Position numbers and translations under genes: made by a program. This document shows, in pieces, positions 19,881-29,267 of a stretch of DNA of 64,000 bases; positions within the stretch are counted from its first letter, which is position 1, and each line of letters begins with the position of its first letter. Origin of the DNA: Candidatus Brennerbacteria bacterium (GTDB taxonomy: Bacteria; Patescibacteriota; Minisyncoccia; UBA6257; GWB1-50-10); contig JACPEK010000004.1 in NCBI GenBank assembly GCA_016183535.1, positions 141,807 through 205,806 on the forward strand, written 5' to 3'. The notes under the pieces were generated by a model that was not told where the DNA came from, made no database searches, and saw only the letters and a list, made by a program, of their open reading frames with translations.

Positions 19881-19963
19881 TTTGGGAAATTGTAACACGG
19901 ATTCCTCTTTCCGGCGTGCCATATTTGTTGTACGGTTATATGGTAATTGTGTTCCCGCATATC

Positions 19964-20911
19964 ATGAATAAAGTAAAATATTTGATCACGGGAGGAACGG
20001 GTTTTGTGGGAGCGAATTTCATTCGAACGTTCGTTGCGCGCGGGGATGAGGTGTATGTCACGGTACGGTCCCACTCAAACCCATGGCGCCTTTCCGATAT
20101 CAAAGATCGTGTTCATTTCTGTGAGGTAAATCTTGAAGAAGAGGCGGAAGTGGCCCGCGTAGTAAGGTTGGTCGCTCCCGAGGTTATCCTCCATTTTGCA
20201 ACGTACGGAGGATCCCAAGGGCGCGAGCAGGATGTTCGAACGACCATAGCGATGAATGTGCTCGGCACCATTAACCTTATGCGCGCTTCGGTGGAAACGG
20301 GGTTCTCGTGTTTCATAAACACCGGCACCTCCTCCGAATATGGCGAGAAGGACCATCCTATGTGTGAGAACGAGCTTCCCGAACCTAATAACCTCTACGG
20401 CGTCACGAAAGCCGCCGCAACCATGTTCGGGCGTTTTTTAGGTAGGAAGCACAACCTTTCTCTCGTTACCATGCGTCTCTTCTCGGTGTATGGATACTAC
20501 GAAGATCCTAGACGGTTGGTGCCGGTGGTGATAAAGGCGTGTTTGAAGAACGGCGAGCTCGCTCTTGCGTCCTCCTCTTTCGTGCGCGATTTTGTCTTTA
20601 TCGAAGACGTGATCGGAGCATATGATGCCGCGATAGCCCACCGTGAAGATATCAAGGGCGAGGTGTTCAACGTGGGTACCGGAATGCAGCGCACACTTGG
20701 CGATGTGGTGACGATCGTGAAACGCGTCACTGGTGCGACTATCGAGCCGTCGTACGGAGCCGCTACGCCCGTTCAGCACGAACCCGCGATGTGGACCGCA
20801 AACGTCTCGAAGATCAAGCGGATGCTCGGCTGGGAACCGGAATATTCGTTGGAGGATGGGATAGCGAAGAATGTGGAATGGTTCAAACAGAATCCTTCGC
20901 TGTATCAATGA
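19964..20911 (+). CDS. NAD-dependent epimerase/dehydratase (NDP-sugar reductase-like)
   Basis: ITGGTGFVG, NTGTSSEYG, YGVTK, RLFSVYG, RDFVFIED. Confidence 0.9.
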   Translation: MNKVKYLITGGTGFVGANFIRTFVARGDEVYVTVRSHSNPWRLSDIKDRVHFCEVNLEEEAEVARVVRLVAPEVILHFATYGGSQGREQDVRTTIAMNVLGTINLMRASVETGFSCFINTGTSSEYGEKDHPMCENELPEPNNLYGVTKAAATMFGRFLGRKHNLSLVTMRLFSVYGYYEDPRRLVPVVIKACLKNGELALASSSFVRDFVFIEDVIGAYDAAIAHREDIKGEVFNVGTGMQRTLGDVVTIVKRVTGATIEPSYGAATPVQHEPAMWTANVSKIKRMLGWEPEYSLEDGIAKNVEWFKQNPSLYQ

Positions 20912-21738
20912 AAGTTTCGCACTCTCCAACTACCCACCAACTGCAAAGTGTCGCGCGTACCGTGCGGCAGTTGGTTTTGGATATGGTGACGCAGAGCAAA
21001 AGCGCTCACCTCGGGAGCAGTTTCTCTGTAGTGGATATCCTCGTCGCACTCTATTTCAATGCGATGAGGGTCTTCCTGAAAAATCCGAAGCATCCAAATC
21101 GGGATCGTCTTCTTTTGAGTAAGGGCCATGCGGGTGCCGCTCTCTATGCTGTGCTGGGTGTGCGAGAGTTTTTCAATGTGAAACTGCTCAAAAAATATCT
21201 TCGGAACGGAACCGCACTTGCGGGACACGCGAGTCAAGCCGCGGTTCCCGGCGTTGAACTTTTTACCGGCTCATTGGGTCATGGTCTTCCGATTGGGACG
21301 GGGATGGCGTTCGCGGGGAAACTCGATAAGAAATCATACCGGGTGTTCGTGGTGATGAGTGACGGAGAATGTGACGAAGGGTCCAACTGGGAAGCCATCC
21401 TTTTCGCGGGGCACCATCAACTGGATAATCTTGTGGCGGTGGTGGATTACAACAAGTGGCAGTCGTTCGGGCGGACTAAGGACATTCTGGACCTCGAACC
21501 GTTCGCGAAGAAATGGAGGGATTTCGGTTGGAATGTAAAAGAGTGCAATGGGCACGATTTTAAGGCGCTCACGAAGGCATTCGCCAAAATCCCGTTCGCA
21601 AAAGGAAAGCCAAGCGTGCTCATCGCCCATACCGTGAAAGGGAGGGGACTTCCCTACGAAAACGAGCTTCGCTCGCACTATAATTCTCCCACCGAGGAAG
21701 AATATCGGTTGGCGAAAGAGCGCATCAAGCATCTATGA
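20908..21738 (+). CDS. Transketolase N-terminal subunit (copy 1)
   Basis: HLGSSFS, DRLLLSKGHA, TGSLGHG, SDGECDEGSNWEA TPP-binding motif. Confidence 0.92.
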   Translation: MKVSHSPTTHQLQSVARTVRQLVLDMVTQSKSAHLGSSFSVVDILVALYFNAMRVFLKNPKHPNRDRLLLSKGHAGAALYAVLGVREFFNVKLLKKYLRNGTALAGHASQAAVPGVELFTGSLGHGLPIGTGMAFAGKLDKKSYRVFVVMSDGECDEGSNWEAILFAGHHQLDNLVAVVDYNKWQSFGRTKDILDLEPFAKKWRDFGWNVKECNGHDFKALTKAFAKIPFAKGKPSVLIAHTVKGRGLPYENELRSHYNSPTEEEYRLAKERIKHL

Positions 21739-22664
21739 GAATAGCCTTTATGAAGGCGCTCACGCGTCTTGTAAAAAAAGACAAGCGGGTAATGCTTCTC
21801 ACCGGAGACCTTGGATTCTCGGTCTTTGAGGACTTTGCGCGTCAGTTCCCAAAACAATACCTCAACTGTGGGCTCGCCGAGCAGAATATGGTGGGCATGG
21901 CGGCGGGGCTCGCGTTGAGCGGCAAAAAAGTGTTTGCGTACTCCATCGTCCCCTTTGCAACAATGCGACCATTCGAGCAGGTTCGTGACGATGTGTGTCT
22001 CCACAATCTGGACGTAAAAATAGTGGGAGTAGGCGGTGGGTATAGCTATAGTCAGCTCGGCGCGACGCACCACTCCATCGAAGACATCGCCATCATGAAG
22101 GTGCTGCCGAACATGAAAGTGTTGGTTCCTGCCGACCCCATAGAAACGGAGTTGGCGGTGAAAGCGATGGCGCGCGACCGCGGTCCGGCGTATCTTCGTT
22201 TGGGTAAGAGCAAGGAAGAAAATTTGCACCGCAGAACCTTTCCGTTCGCGATCGGACGATCCAATGTTCTGCGGAAAGGAAGCTCTGTGACCGTCATAGG
22301 ATGCGGTCCGATCCTCAAAAATGTGCTGCGGGCGGCGGAGATCCTGGCGAGGAAGAACATATTCTGCAAGGTCATTTCCATGCCGACCGTGAAACCATTG
22401 GACGAACGCGTGGTCATGAGCGCGACGAAGACCGGACTTGTTATCACTGTGGAGGAGCACAGCGTGATTGGCGGACTGGGGGATTCAGTGGCATCTGTGC
22501 TAGCCCAAGCGGCTCTTCCTAAGAAATGTCGACTCAAAAAAATCGGTGTCGAGGACCGGTTTATGAAGATCGTGGGTGACCAGGAATATTTAAGGTCACA
22601 AAATGGCCTTTCTCCGGAACAGATCGCGAGGTCAATAACTTCACTGATTAAAAAAAGAAGTTAG
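21735..22664 (+). CDS. Transketolase C-terminal subunit (copy 1)
   Basis: TGDLG, GLAEQNMVG, GATHHSIED, GPAYLRLGK, TVKPLD, VEEHSVIGGLG. Confidence 0.92.
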   Translation: MRIAFMKALTRLVKKDKRVMLLTGDLGFSVFEDFARQFPKQYLNCGLAEQNMVGMAAGLALSGKKVFAYSIVPFATMRPFEQVRDDVCLHNLDVKIVGVGGGYSYSQLGATHHSIEDIAIMKVLPNMKVLVPADPIETELAVKAMARDRGPAYLRLGKSKEENLHRRTFPFAIGRSNVLRKGSSVTVIGCGPILKNVLRAAEILARKNIFCKVISMPTVKPLDERVVMSATKTGLVITVEEHSVIGGLGDSVASVLAQAALPKKCRLKKIGVEDRFMKIVGDQEYLRSQNGLSPEQIARSITSLIKKRS

Positions 22665-22670
22665 TCGCGC

Positions 22671-23819
22671 ATGAGCAAGAATAATGGTCCACTGGTAAGC
22701 ATCTGCGTGACTTTTTCGAGCGCAGAAGAATTCATTCATAGGGTTTTTGACAGTTGCCTCAACCAAACCTACCGGAACATCGAAGTGGTGGTGGTTGATA
22801 ATGCGAGCACCGATGGAAGCGAAAGAGTGGTGAGGAAATACGCGGCACAAGACCCGCGTATAAAATATTTCAGGCGCGCACAGATGGCGGGTCTCTCATC
22901 GCGCTTATTGGAGATGTTTCAACAAGCAGGCGGAGAATTTGTGATGATGATAGGGGCAGACGACTGGCTCGCGCGCGATTACATTAAAAACGGCGTACAG
23001 AGCTTCCTCGACCATCCTGGAGTAGCGGGCATCGTACCGCGGCTGATAAATCTTTCAGAGATTGGCGGGAATCAGTTCAAATTTCTCAGCGAGACCTTCG
23101 GTGATTTTTCCCCTCCCCGCGCATACTCTGCAAAATGGTTTGTAAAGCGCATGTACCGATCGGAGCACCTCTACATAAGCGCACTCGCGCTTATGCGAAA
23201 AGAAGATGCGGTGAAAGCGATGGATTATTTTGTGGGGCATTATTGCAATAAACCGCTCGTGGGTGTTCCGTCCGAGCTCAAAGGTTTTTGGGAGAACGGA
23301 TTTGGTGTTGACGCAATACTATTTTTGGAGGTTTTGACGAGGTACCACAATTTCGTTTTTGACAGTTCACTACGCTATTTAAAAGTGGCGCACGGCAAAA
23401 ATCTTCGTTTTGATCTCGGTAGCGATTCTCTGGCGGAGATATTCAAGAACGCCTACTATTACCTTCTCACGTTTAAAGGGATGTACGCGCCGTTGTGGAA
23501 TGATTTTTATCGCGAGATGAAGATATTTTGGGGTGCCGAAACGATCGTGTCAGCCGGTATCTATCTTTTCAGGTTTGGTATGCGTTCACGGGACGTGGGG
23601 GGCTATAGAACCACAACGTTCCGACGCGCATTTTTCGGAGAACTGTCACTTTTTGAAACGGTAGCGGCGGGCGGAAGGGCGATGATAAGGCTGTCCCCGC
23701 GAGGCACCCGTTTCATAATACGGAAGCTTTTGGGAACGCGGGGACAGAAAAATACAGAGCGCATAGCGTTCAAACCGGAGAATTTTTTGGACCAAGAGGG
23801 GCGTTTTAAGGTGAGTTGA
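22671..23819 (+). CDS. Glycosyltransferase family 2
   Basis: PLVSI, LNQTYRNIEVVVVDNASTDGS, GADD. Confidence 0.88.
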   Translation: MSKNNGPLVSICVTFSSAEEFIHRVFDSCLNQTYRNIEVVVVDNASTDGSERVVRKYAAQDPRIKYFRRAQMAGLSSRLLEMFQQAGGEFVMMIGADDWLARDYIKNGVQSFLDHPGVAGIVPRLINLSEIGGNQFKFLSETFGDFSPPRAYSAKWFVKRMYRSEHLYISALALMRKEDAVKAMDYFVGHYCNKPLVGVPSELKGFWENGFGVDAILFLEVLTRYHNFVFDSSLRYLKVAHGKNLRFDLGSDSLAEIFKNAYYYLLTFKGMYAPLWNDFYREMKIFWGAETIVSAGIYLFRFGMRSRDVGGYRTTTFRRAFFGELSLFETVAAGGRAMIRLSPRGTRFIIRKLLGTRGQKNTERIAFKPENFLDQEGRFKVS

Positions 23820-23825
23820 TTACTT

Positions 23826-24764
23826 ATGAAAGAACACCATATTTTCAGTCCTGATGATTTTTCCTCGGCCATAGGTGAGCCCTTAAGCGAGCGGGTGAAG
23901 AGTAAGATAGAGGAGTTGAATATCGAGTATGCACGGATGACACCGCAGGAGAGGGATGAATGCATTAAAACCAGCGTGAAGATACTACTGGACCCGGAAT
24001 TCGACGCGTCCGGAGCGCACCGGTTGGGCAAGTGGGAAAAGGGATGGTCAGAAAACCTGCAGGCATTCCGAGAGAGGGGGAAGGGGGGCCTTGTGCCGGG
24101 CTACTTTTCTGCCACCCGCGATTTGGTCAAGTGGGGAAAGTGGAAGCAAGAGTATATCCGCCCCCTTCAGGGAAACCTCGACTATAAGTTTCTCTCCATA
24201 ATTTTGGAGTGGCTTTTTGAGAAATATATTCCTGCCGCGAGCTCCGTGTACGAGTTTGGGTGCGGCACGGGCCACCACCTTCTGAAGGTGCGGGAATTCA
24301 ACCCGGAAGCAAAGATCTACGGCTTGGATTGGGCCGAAGCGTCCCAGGAGATTATCAAAGAAATGGTTGCAAAAGATGTAGCCAAGAATACCTACGGAAA
24401 GAAATTTGATTTTTTTAATCCCGACGAATCGTTCGCGCTCGACGCCAACAGTGTGGTGTATACCGTAGGCGCTTTAGAGCAGGTTGGAGAAAAACATGAG
24501 AAGTTCATCGCGTATTTGCTCAAGAACAGGCCTAAAATATGTTTCCATGTGGAGCCGATTGGGGAACTGTTGGACGATTCAAATCGCACGGATTTTCTTA
24601 CCCAATCGTACTACCGGAAGAGAAACTATCTCTCGAATTTTGTGAACCACCTCAAGGCGCTGGAGAAAGAGGGGAAAATAAAGATTGAAAAAGCACAAAG
24701 GACCTATTTGGGAGGGAGCTTGCTCACGGAGTATGCGGTGGTCATGTGGAGTCCGGTGGCATAG
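23826..24764 (+). CDS. Class I SAM-dependent methyltransferase
   Basis: VYEFGCGTG, GLDWA, ALEQ, HVEP. Confidence 0.8.
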   Translation: MKEHHIFSPDDFSSAIGEPLSERVKSKIEELNIEYARMTPQERDECIKTSVKILLDPEFDASGAHRLGKWEKGWSENLQAFRERGKGGLVPGYFSATRDLVKWGKWKQEYIRPLQGNLDYKFLSIILEWLFEKYIPAASSVYEFGCGTGHHLLKVREFNPEAKIYGLDWAEASQEIIKEMVAKDVAKNTYGKKFDFFNPDESFALDANSVVYTVGALEQVGEKHEKFIAYLLKNRPKICFHVEPIGELLDDSNRTDFLTQSYYRKRNYLSNFVNHLKALEKEGKIKIEKAQRTYLGGSLLTEYAVVMWSPVA

Positions 24765-24766
24765 CT

Positions 24767-25735
24767 ATGAATTACCGGACATTAGGCGCTACTGGCATTT
24801 CGGTTTCCGAGATAGGTTTTGGCACGTGGGGAATCGGCGGGCTCACCGAGGGCGCCACCTCGTACGGCGAGACCGACGACGCGGTGTCGCTTCGCGCGCT
24901 CGCGCGGGCCCTCGAACTCGGCATGAATTTTTACGACACCTCGAACATCTACGGCCACGAGGGGCACGCGGAGGCACTTCTTGGGGAGGCATTTGGTAAC
25001 CAACGCGAAAGAGTTGTGCTTGCGACAAAAGTCGGATGTGTAAAGCACGGAGGGCCATACGACGTGTCACCGTCCTATATCCGTAGCTGCCTCGAAGCAA
25101 GCCTGCGCCGCCTCAAAACTGACTACGTCGACGTGTACCAACTTCATAGCGTGCCGCTTGAACTTGTGCGGGAGACCCCCGAATGTTTTGCAACATTGAG
25201 AGAGCTAAAGAAGGAAGGAAAGATCCGCGCGATCGGATATTCGGTGAAAAACCCCTCCGATGCCAAGACGGCGATAGAAGAATTCGGCGTGGATGTAGTG
25301 CAACTAAACTTCAACATGATGGACCAGCGCGCGCTTACCGAAGGAATCTTTGATGTGGCCCGTGTGCGCGGCGTTGGCATCATCGTACGGACACCCTTCG
25401 CCTTCGGATTCCTTACCGGAAAAGTCACCGACACTCAGTTCGATTCTCGGGACCATCGTTCCGTGTGGTCGCCGGCACAACTCGCGCGATGGAGGGAGTC
25501 CCCGAACGTTTTTTCCCCGGTGAACGATAAGGGCATCTATACTCCCGCGCAGTTCGCGCTGAAGTTCTGCGTCGCGTTTCCGGAGGTGTCCACGGTGGTC
25601 GCGGGCATGCTCACGGAAACCCAGGCGGAGGAGAACGCGACGGCGAGCGATCTCCCTCCGCTCACCGCCGCACAGCTCGCGGCGATCCGAAAGATCAGAG
25701 AGGTGAACACGTTTTTCGTAAGCGAAAAGAAATAA
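24767..25735 (+). CDS. Aldo/keto reductase
   Basis: YRTLGATGISVSEIGFGTWGIGG, FYDTSNIYG, LATK, SLRRLKTDYVDVYQLH. Confidence 0.93.
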   Translation: MNYRTLGATGISVSEIGFGTWGIGGLTEGATSYGETDDAVSLRALARALELGMNFYDTSNIYGHEGHAEALLGEAFGNQRERVVLATKVGCVKHGGPYDVSPSYIRSCLEASLRRLKTDYVDVYQLHSVPLELVRETPECFATLRELKKEGKIRAIGYSVKNPSDAKTAIEEFGVDVVQLNFNMMDQRALTEGIFDVARVRGVGIIVRTPFAFGFLTGKVTDTQFDSRDHRSVWSPAQLARWRESPNVFSPVNDKGIYTPAQFALKFCVAFPEVSTVVAGMLTETQAEENATASDLPPLTAAQLAAIRKIREVNTFFVSEKK

Positions 25736-25754
25736 CCCGCGTAGCCGTCAGTGA

Positions 25755-25783
25755 TTGTCAAGGCAAGAATATTGGTATATAAC
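25755..25783 (+). promoter_or_regulatory. Putative sigma70 promoter
   Basis: TTGTCA-N17-TATAAC. Confidence 0.55.
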
Positions 25784-25825
25784 CAAGGCAAAAGACATTA
25801 CACAATCATAAAGAGACCTCATTCT

Positions 25826-26347
25826 ATGGAAGCACATAAAACGACACTGGACGGCGTATTGCTCATACGGCCCGACTCTCCCATCCACGAGGATTTTCGA
25901 GGCAGGTACGTGACCGCGTACCGCAAAGCCGAGTTCGAAAAGATGGGCATTAACGTGGAGTTTGTGAACGAAAGCTACTCCACCTCTTCAAAGGGGGTGC
26001 TTCGCGGCATCCATGCAGAGACGGATAATTGGAAGCTCATCTCCTGCAGGCGCGGGTGCTTCTACTTGGTGGTGGTCGTGTGCGACGAGCAGTCGAAAGA
26101 TTTCGGAAAATGGGAGTCATTCACGCTCACCGAGCATAATGCGCTCCAAGTGCTCATACCTCCGGGATTCGGGAACGCCCATCTCGCCTTGAGCGACGAC
26201 ATTATGTTTCACTACTTGCAATCCAACTATTTCGATCCCGCCCGTCAGACCACGTACCGCTACGATGACCCGAGGTTCGCCATCTGGTGGCCGATAAAAA
26301 ATCCACTTCTTTCTCCGCGCGATGAAGCGGGGAAGTATGTGGAATGA
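25826..26347 (+). CDS. rfbC: dTDP-4-dehydrorhamnose 3,5-epimerase family
   Basis: HEDFRG, S.SSKGVLRGIH, IPPGFGNAHL, YDDPRFAIWWP, LSPRD. Confidence 0.88.
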   Translation: MEAHKTTLDGVLLIRPDSPIHEDFRGRYVTAYRKAEFEKMGINVEFVNESYSTSSKGVLRGIHAETDNWKLISCRRGCFYLVVVVCDEQSKDFGKWESFTLTEHNALQVLIPPGFGNAHLALSDDIMFHYLQSNYFDPARQTTYRYDDPRFAIWWPIKNPLLSPRDEAGKYVE

Positions 26348-26365
26348 TCGACCTCATAGCTCTCG

Positions 26366-26395
26366 CGCCCCGCATATCAATGCGGGGCGTTTTTT
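26366..26395 (+). terminator. Intrinsic terminator
   Basis: CGCCCCGCAT-ATCA-ATGCGGGGCG-TTTTTT. Confidence 0.8.
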
Positions 26396-26401
26396 ATGCT
26401 C

Positions 26402-26430
26402 TTGCCAAAATCCCATCGGTGGTATATAAC
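26402..26430 (+). promoter_or_regulatory. Putative sigma70 promoter
   Basis: TTGCCA-N17-TATAAC; shares the 15-mer TGGTATATAACCAAG with the rfbC promoter. Confidence 0.55.
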
Positions 26431-26466
26431 CAAGTCAGAAAACTTTTATAACCAAAGGAGACATTA

Positions 26467-27261
26467 ATGGAGAACTTAGCGGCAATAGCGAAGCAGTGCC
26501 GGCAGAAGGTTCTGGAAATGGCATATGCCGCGAAGGATTCGCACATCGGATGTGCGCTATCTTCCGTGGACGTGTTGGTCCTGCTTTTCTTTCGTGTGAT
26601 GAACGTAAATCCCGAAGACCCGCGTTTTTCCGAAAGGGATCGGTTCATTTTGAGCAAGGGGCACGCGGCAGCGGCACTCTATGCGGTCATGTCCGCGCGC
26701 GGATTTTTCCCCCGGGAAGCGCTCGCAACCTTCGCACAGAACGGAAGTGAACTCGCGAGCCATGTGGAACGGAAGCTTCCTGGCGTGGAGACCAATGGCG
26801 GCTCCGGCGGGCACGGACTTTCGATTGGTGCCGGTATGGCGCTTGCCGCACAGGCGGACGGCGCGAACTATCGCATCTTCATTCTCATGGGAGACGGGGA
26901 ATTGCAGGAAGGGTCTGTGTGGGAAGCGGCAATGTTCGCCTCATCGCGCAACCTTAGCAACCTCACCCTTATCGTGGACCGGAACGGGTTCCAAACGTGG
27001 AACAAGGTGGACGATATCGTCGCCGTAGAATCCCTTGTGGAGAAATTCAGGGCGTTCGGGTGGGATGCGGACGAGGTTAACGGTCACGATTTCGAACGGC
27101 TCGGCAGCGTCATCGAACGAACGGGCGACCGTCCACATGCCATCATTGCACGCACCGTGAAAGGGAAAGGTGTTTCTTTCATGGAAGGTGATGGCGTCTG
27201 GCACTCCAAATCGATGTCGGACGAACACTATCATCGTGCTATGAAGGAGGTGCAATCATGA
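26467..27261 (+). CDS. Transketolase N-terminal subunit (copy 2)
   Basis: SHIGCALS, DRFILSKGHA, GDGELQEGSVWEA, TVKGKGVSFME; AAGGAG RBS. Confidence 0.92.
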   Translation: MENLAAIAKQCRQKVLEMAYAAKDSHIGCALSSVDVLVLLFFRVMNVNPEDPRFSERDRFILSKGHAAAALYAVMSARGFFPREALATFAQNGSELASHVERKLPGVETNGGSGGHGLSIGAGMALAAQADGANYRIFILMGDGELQEGSVWEAAMFASSRNLSNLTLIVDRNGFQTWNKVDDIVAVESLVEKFRAFGWDADEVNGHDFERLGSVIERTGDRPHAIIARTVKGKGVSFMEGDGVWHSKSMSDEHYHRAMKEVQS

Positions 27262-28166
27262 GAACCGCTTTCGTGGAAACACTCTATGAAGAGGCTCTTC
27301 GTGACCCACGTATCTTCTTCATCACCAGCGATTTTTGGCATGTGAAGGAGGAGGAATTCCGGGCTCTCGGAGCGCGATACCAGAATGGCGGCATGGCCGA
27401 ACAAAACATTATCAGCCTTGCAGTTGGCGCCGCACTCTCAGGGAAGAAGGTTTTTGTGTATTCCATCGTTCCTTTCATCACGCTCCGTTGCATCGAGCAG
27501 GTAAAAGTGGACGTGTGTTCACACGAAGCCGATGTCACCATCGTTGGTGGCGGAGCCGGTTTCACGTACGGAACATGCGGCATAACCCACCTTGCGATCG
27601 AGGACATTGCAATGATGCGCTCACTTCCCCACATGAGAATAATCTCACCTTCAGGATCGGCGGAAGCAAGCGCCCTCTTACGAGAGACCATTCGACTTGG
27701 GGGGCCGACTTACTTTCGCCTCAATATGAGGGAAGATGGTGATCTCACGAGCATGAAGCCCGAAGTAGGAAAGGGAATGATTGTTCGGGAAGGCGTGGAC
27801 GTATGCATCATCGCTACTGGGACCATTCTCGCGGAAGCATTCGGCGTTGCGGACATGCTCGCGGAGAAGGGGATTTCCGTTGAAGTGGTCAACATGCACA
27901 CGATCAAACCTCTCGATGAGGGCCTTGTTCGGGAGCGTGTGCGGTCCCGTCGCGCTGTTTGTACTCTTGAAGAGCACAGCATCATCGGAGGACTTGGTGG
28001 TGCGGTAGCGGAGGTGTTCGCGGAGTCCGGCGGTACGGCCCGATTCAGGCGTTTCGGCATCAAGGATGCATGGCCGACCGTAGTGGGGAGCCAGAAATAT
28101 CTGCGCACCGTGACCGGTATTTCCCAGGAATACCTTGCGGTCGCGATAGAGAAGCTCCTTCAGTAG
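27258..28166 (+). CDS. Transketolase C-terminal subunit (copy 2)
   Basis: GMAEQN, GITHLAIED, GPTYFRL, TIKPLD, LEEHSIIGGLG. Confidence 0.92.
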   Translation: MRTAFVETLYEEALRDPRIFFITSDFWHVKEEEFRALGARYQNGGMAEQNIISLAVGAALSGKKVFVYSIVPFITLRCIEQVKVDVCSHEADVTIVGGGAGFTYGTCGITHLAIEDIAMMRSLPHMRIISPSGSAEASALLRETIRLGGPTYFRLNMREDGDLTSMKPEVGKGMIVREGVDVCIIATGTILAEAFGVADMLAEKGISVEVVNMHTIKPLDEGLVRERVRSRRAVCTLEEHSIIGGLGGAVAEVFAESGGTARFRRFGIKDAWPTVVGSQKYLRTVTGISQEYLAVAIEKLLQ

Positions 28167-28182
28167 TAATATTCATTCGTTC

Positions 28183-28215
28183 AAAAACCTCGGTGTTTCA
28201 CACCCGAGGTTTTTT
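28183..28215 (+). terminator. Intrinsic terminator
   Basis: AAAAACCTCGG...CCGAGGTTTTTT. Confidence 0.75.
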
Positions 28216-28299
28216 ATTTTTCACGTCCGCATGCGAGACCATTGACTAAAGCTCGATTTGAGGATATTCTATTCCAAATAAAACTAACAACCTAAAGGA

Positions 28300-29124
28300 A
28301 TGACCATGAAAAACGCAGCGGAAAAGGACCTCGCCGGTCGCGTCGCGCTCATCACGGGAGGCAGTAAGGGCATTGGGAAGACGATAGCCCTGACCCTCGC
28401 GCGGCGAGGCGCCGACATCGTTATCTGCGGCCGAGGCGCATCTGCTCTGGAAACGGCGGCGGAAGAGATACGCGCGTGCGGTTCGACCGTGCATGCCCAC
28501 CCACTTGACGCTACAAAGCTCGAGGGAGTGCGGGATTTTTTTCGCAAGGTTATCGAACCCATTGGACGCCTTGATATTCTCGTGAACAATATCGGGGGAG
28601 TGCGAGAAGTCGCGAAATTTCCCGATCTCACCGATGATGACTGGTACGGAATCTTCGATACCAATCTCATGACCATGGTGCGTGTCACGCGGGAAGCGCT
28701 CAGTTACCTCACAAAATCTCCGTATGCCCGCATCATCAACATTGCGAGCGTGGCAGGGAAACAGCCCGGCGACTGGAACCCTCACTACGGCGCGGTAAAA
28801 GCGGCGATGATCCACCTCTCTAAATCGCTTTCGCGCACCTTGGGACCGGAACACGTGCGGGTAAACGCGATTTGCTCCAGCACCATTAAGGGCGAAGGCG
28901 CGTGGAAGCGGGACGTTGAGAGTAGGATGCGGAGTGGGAACGTCTCGTTTGAGGAAGCGGAGCGCGTACTGGAAGCGGAAGTAAGAGCAAAAGCGCCGCT
29001 CGGAGAGATAGGTACTCCTGCGGATGTCGCGGAACTCGTTGCATTTCTTGCATCGAATCAAGCTTGCTTCATCACCGGCACCTGCATCGAGGTTGATGGT
29101 GGGACGGTTCGATCCATCTTTTAG
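28300..29124 (+). CDS. SDR family oxidoreductase
   Basis: ITGGSKGIG, DILVNN, IINIAS, YGAVK, ITG.CIEVDGG; upstream TTGACT-N17-TATTCT at 28242-28270. Confidence 0.92.
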   Translation: MTMKNAAEKDLAGRVALITGGSKGIGKTIALTLARRGADIVICGRGASALETAAEEIRACGSTVHAHPLDATKLEGVRDFFRKVIEPIGRLDILVNNIGGVREVAKFPDLTDDDWYGIFDTNLMTMVRVTREALSYLTKSPYARIINIASVAGKQPGDWNPHYGAVKAAMIHLSKSLSRTLGPEHVRVNAICSSTIKGEGAWKRDVESRMRSGNVSFEEAERVLEAEVRAKAPLGEIGTPADVAELVAFLASNQACFITGTCIEVDGGTVRSIF

Positions 29125-29139
29125 TATTTTCAATTCGGG

Positions 29140-29170
29140 AAACGCCTCTGTAAAAATCCAGAGGCGTTTT
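29140..29170 (+). terminator. Intrinsic terminator
   Basis: AAACGCCTCTG...CAGAGGCGTTTT. Confidence 0.7.
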
Positions 29171-29267
29171 ATTTTACATTTTGTCTCAATTGACAAAGAG
29201 ACAAAAATTGACATAATCACGCTAGATAATTTAAACAATCACTATAGATCACAGAAGGAGGAACAGG

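Noticed and set aside
19760..19963. N-terminal extension of the epimerase in the ORF track
   Set aside because: It overlaps the NUDIX gene; the Rossmann motif places the real start at ATG 19964. Extended starts at 1197, 20791, 33210, 51932 and 54635 were trimmed for similar reasons.
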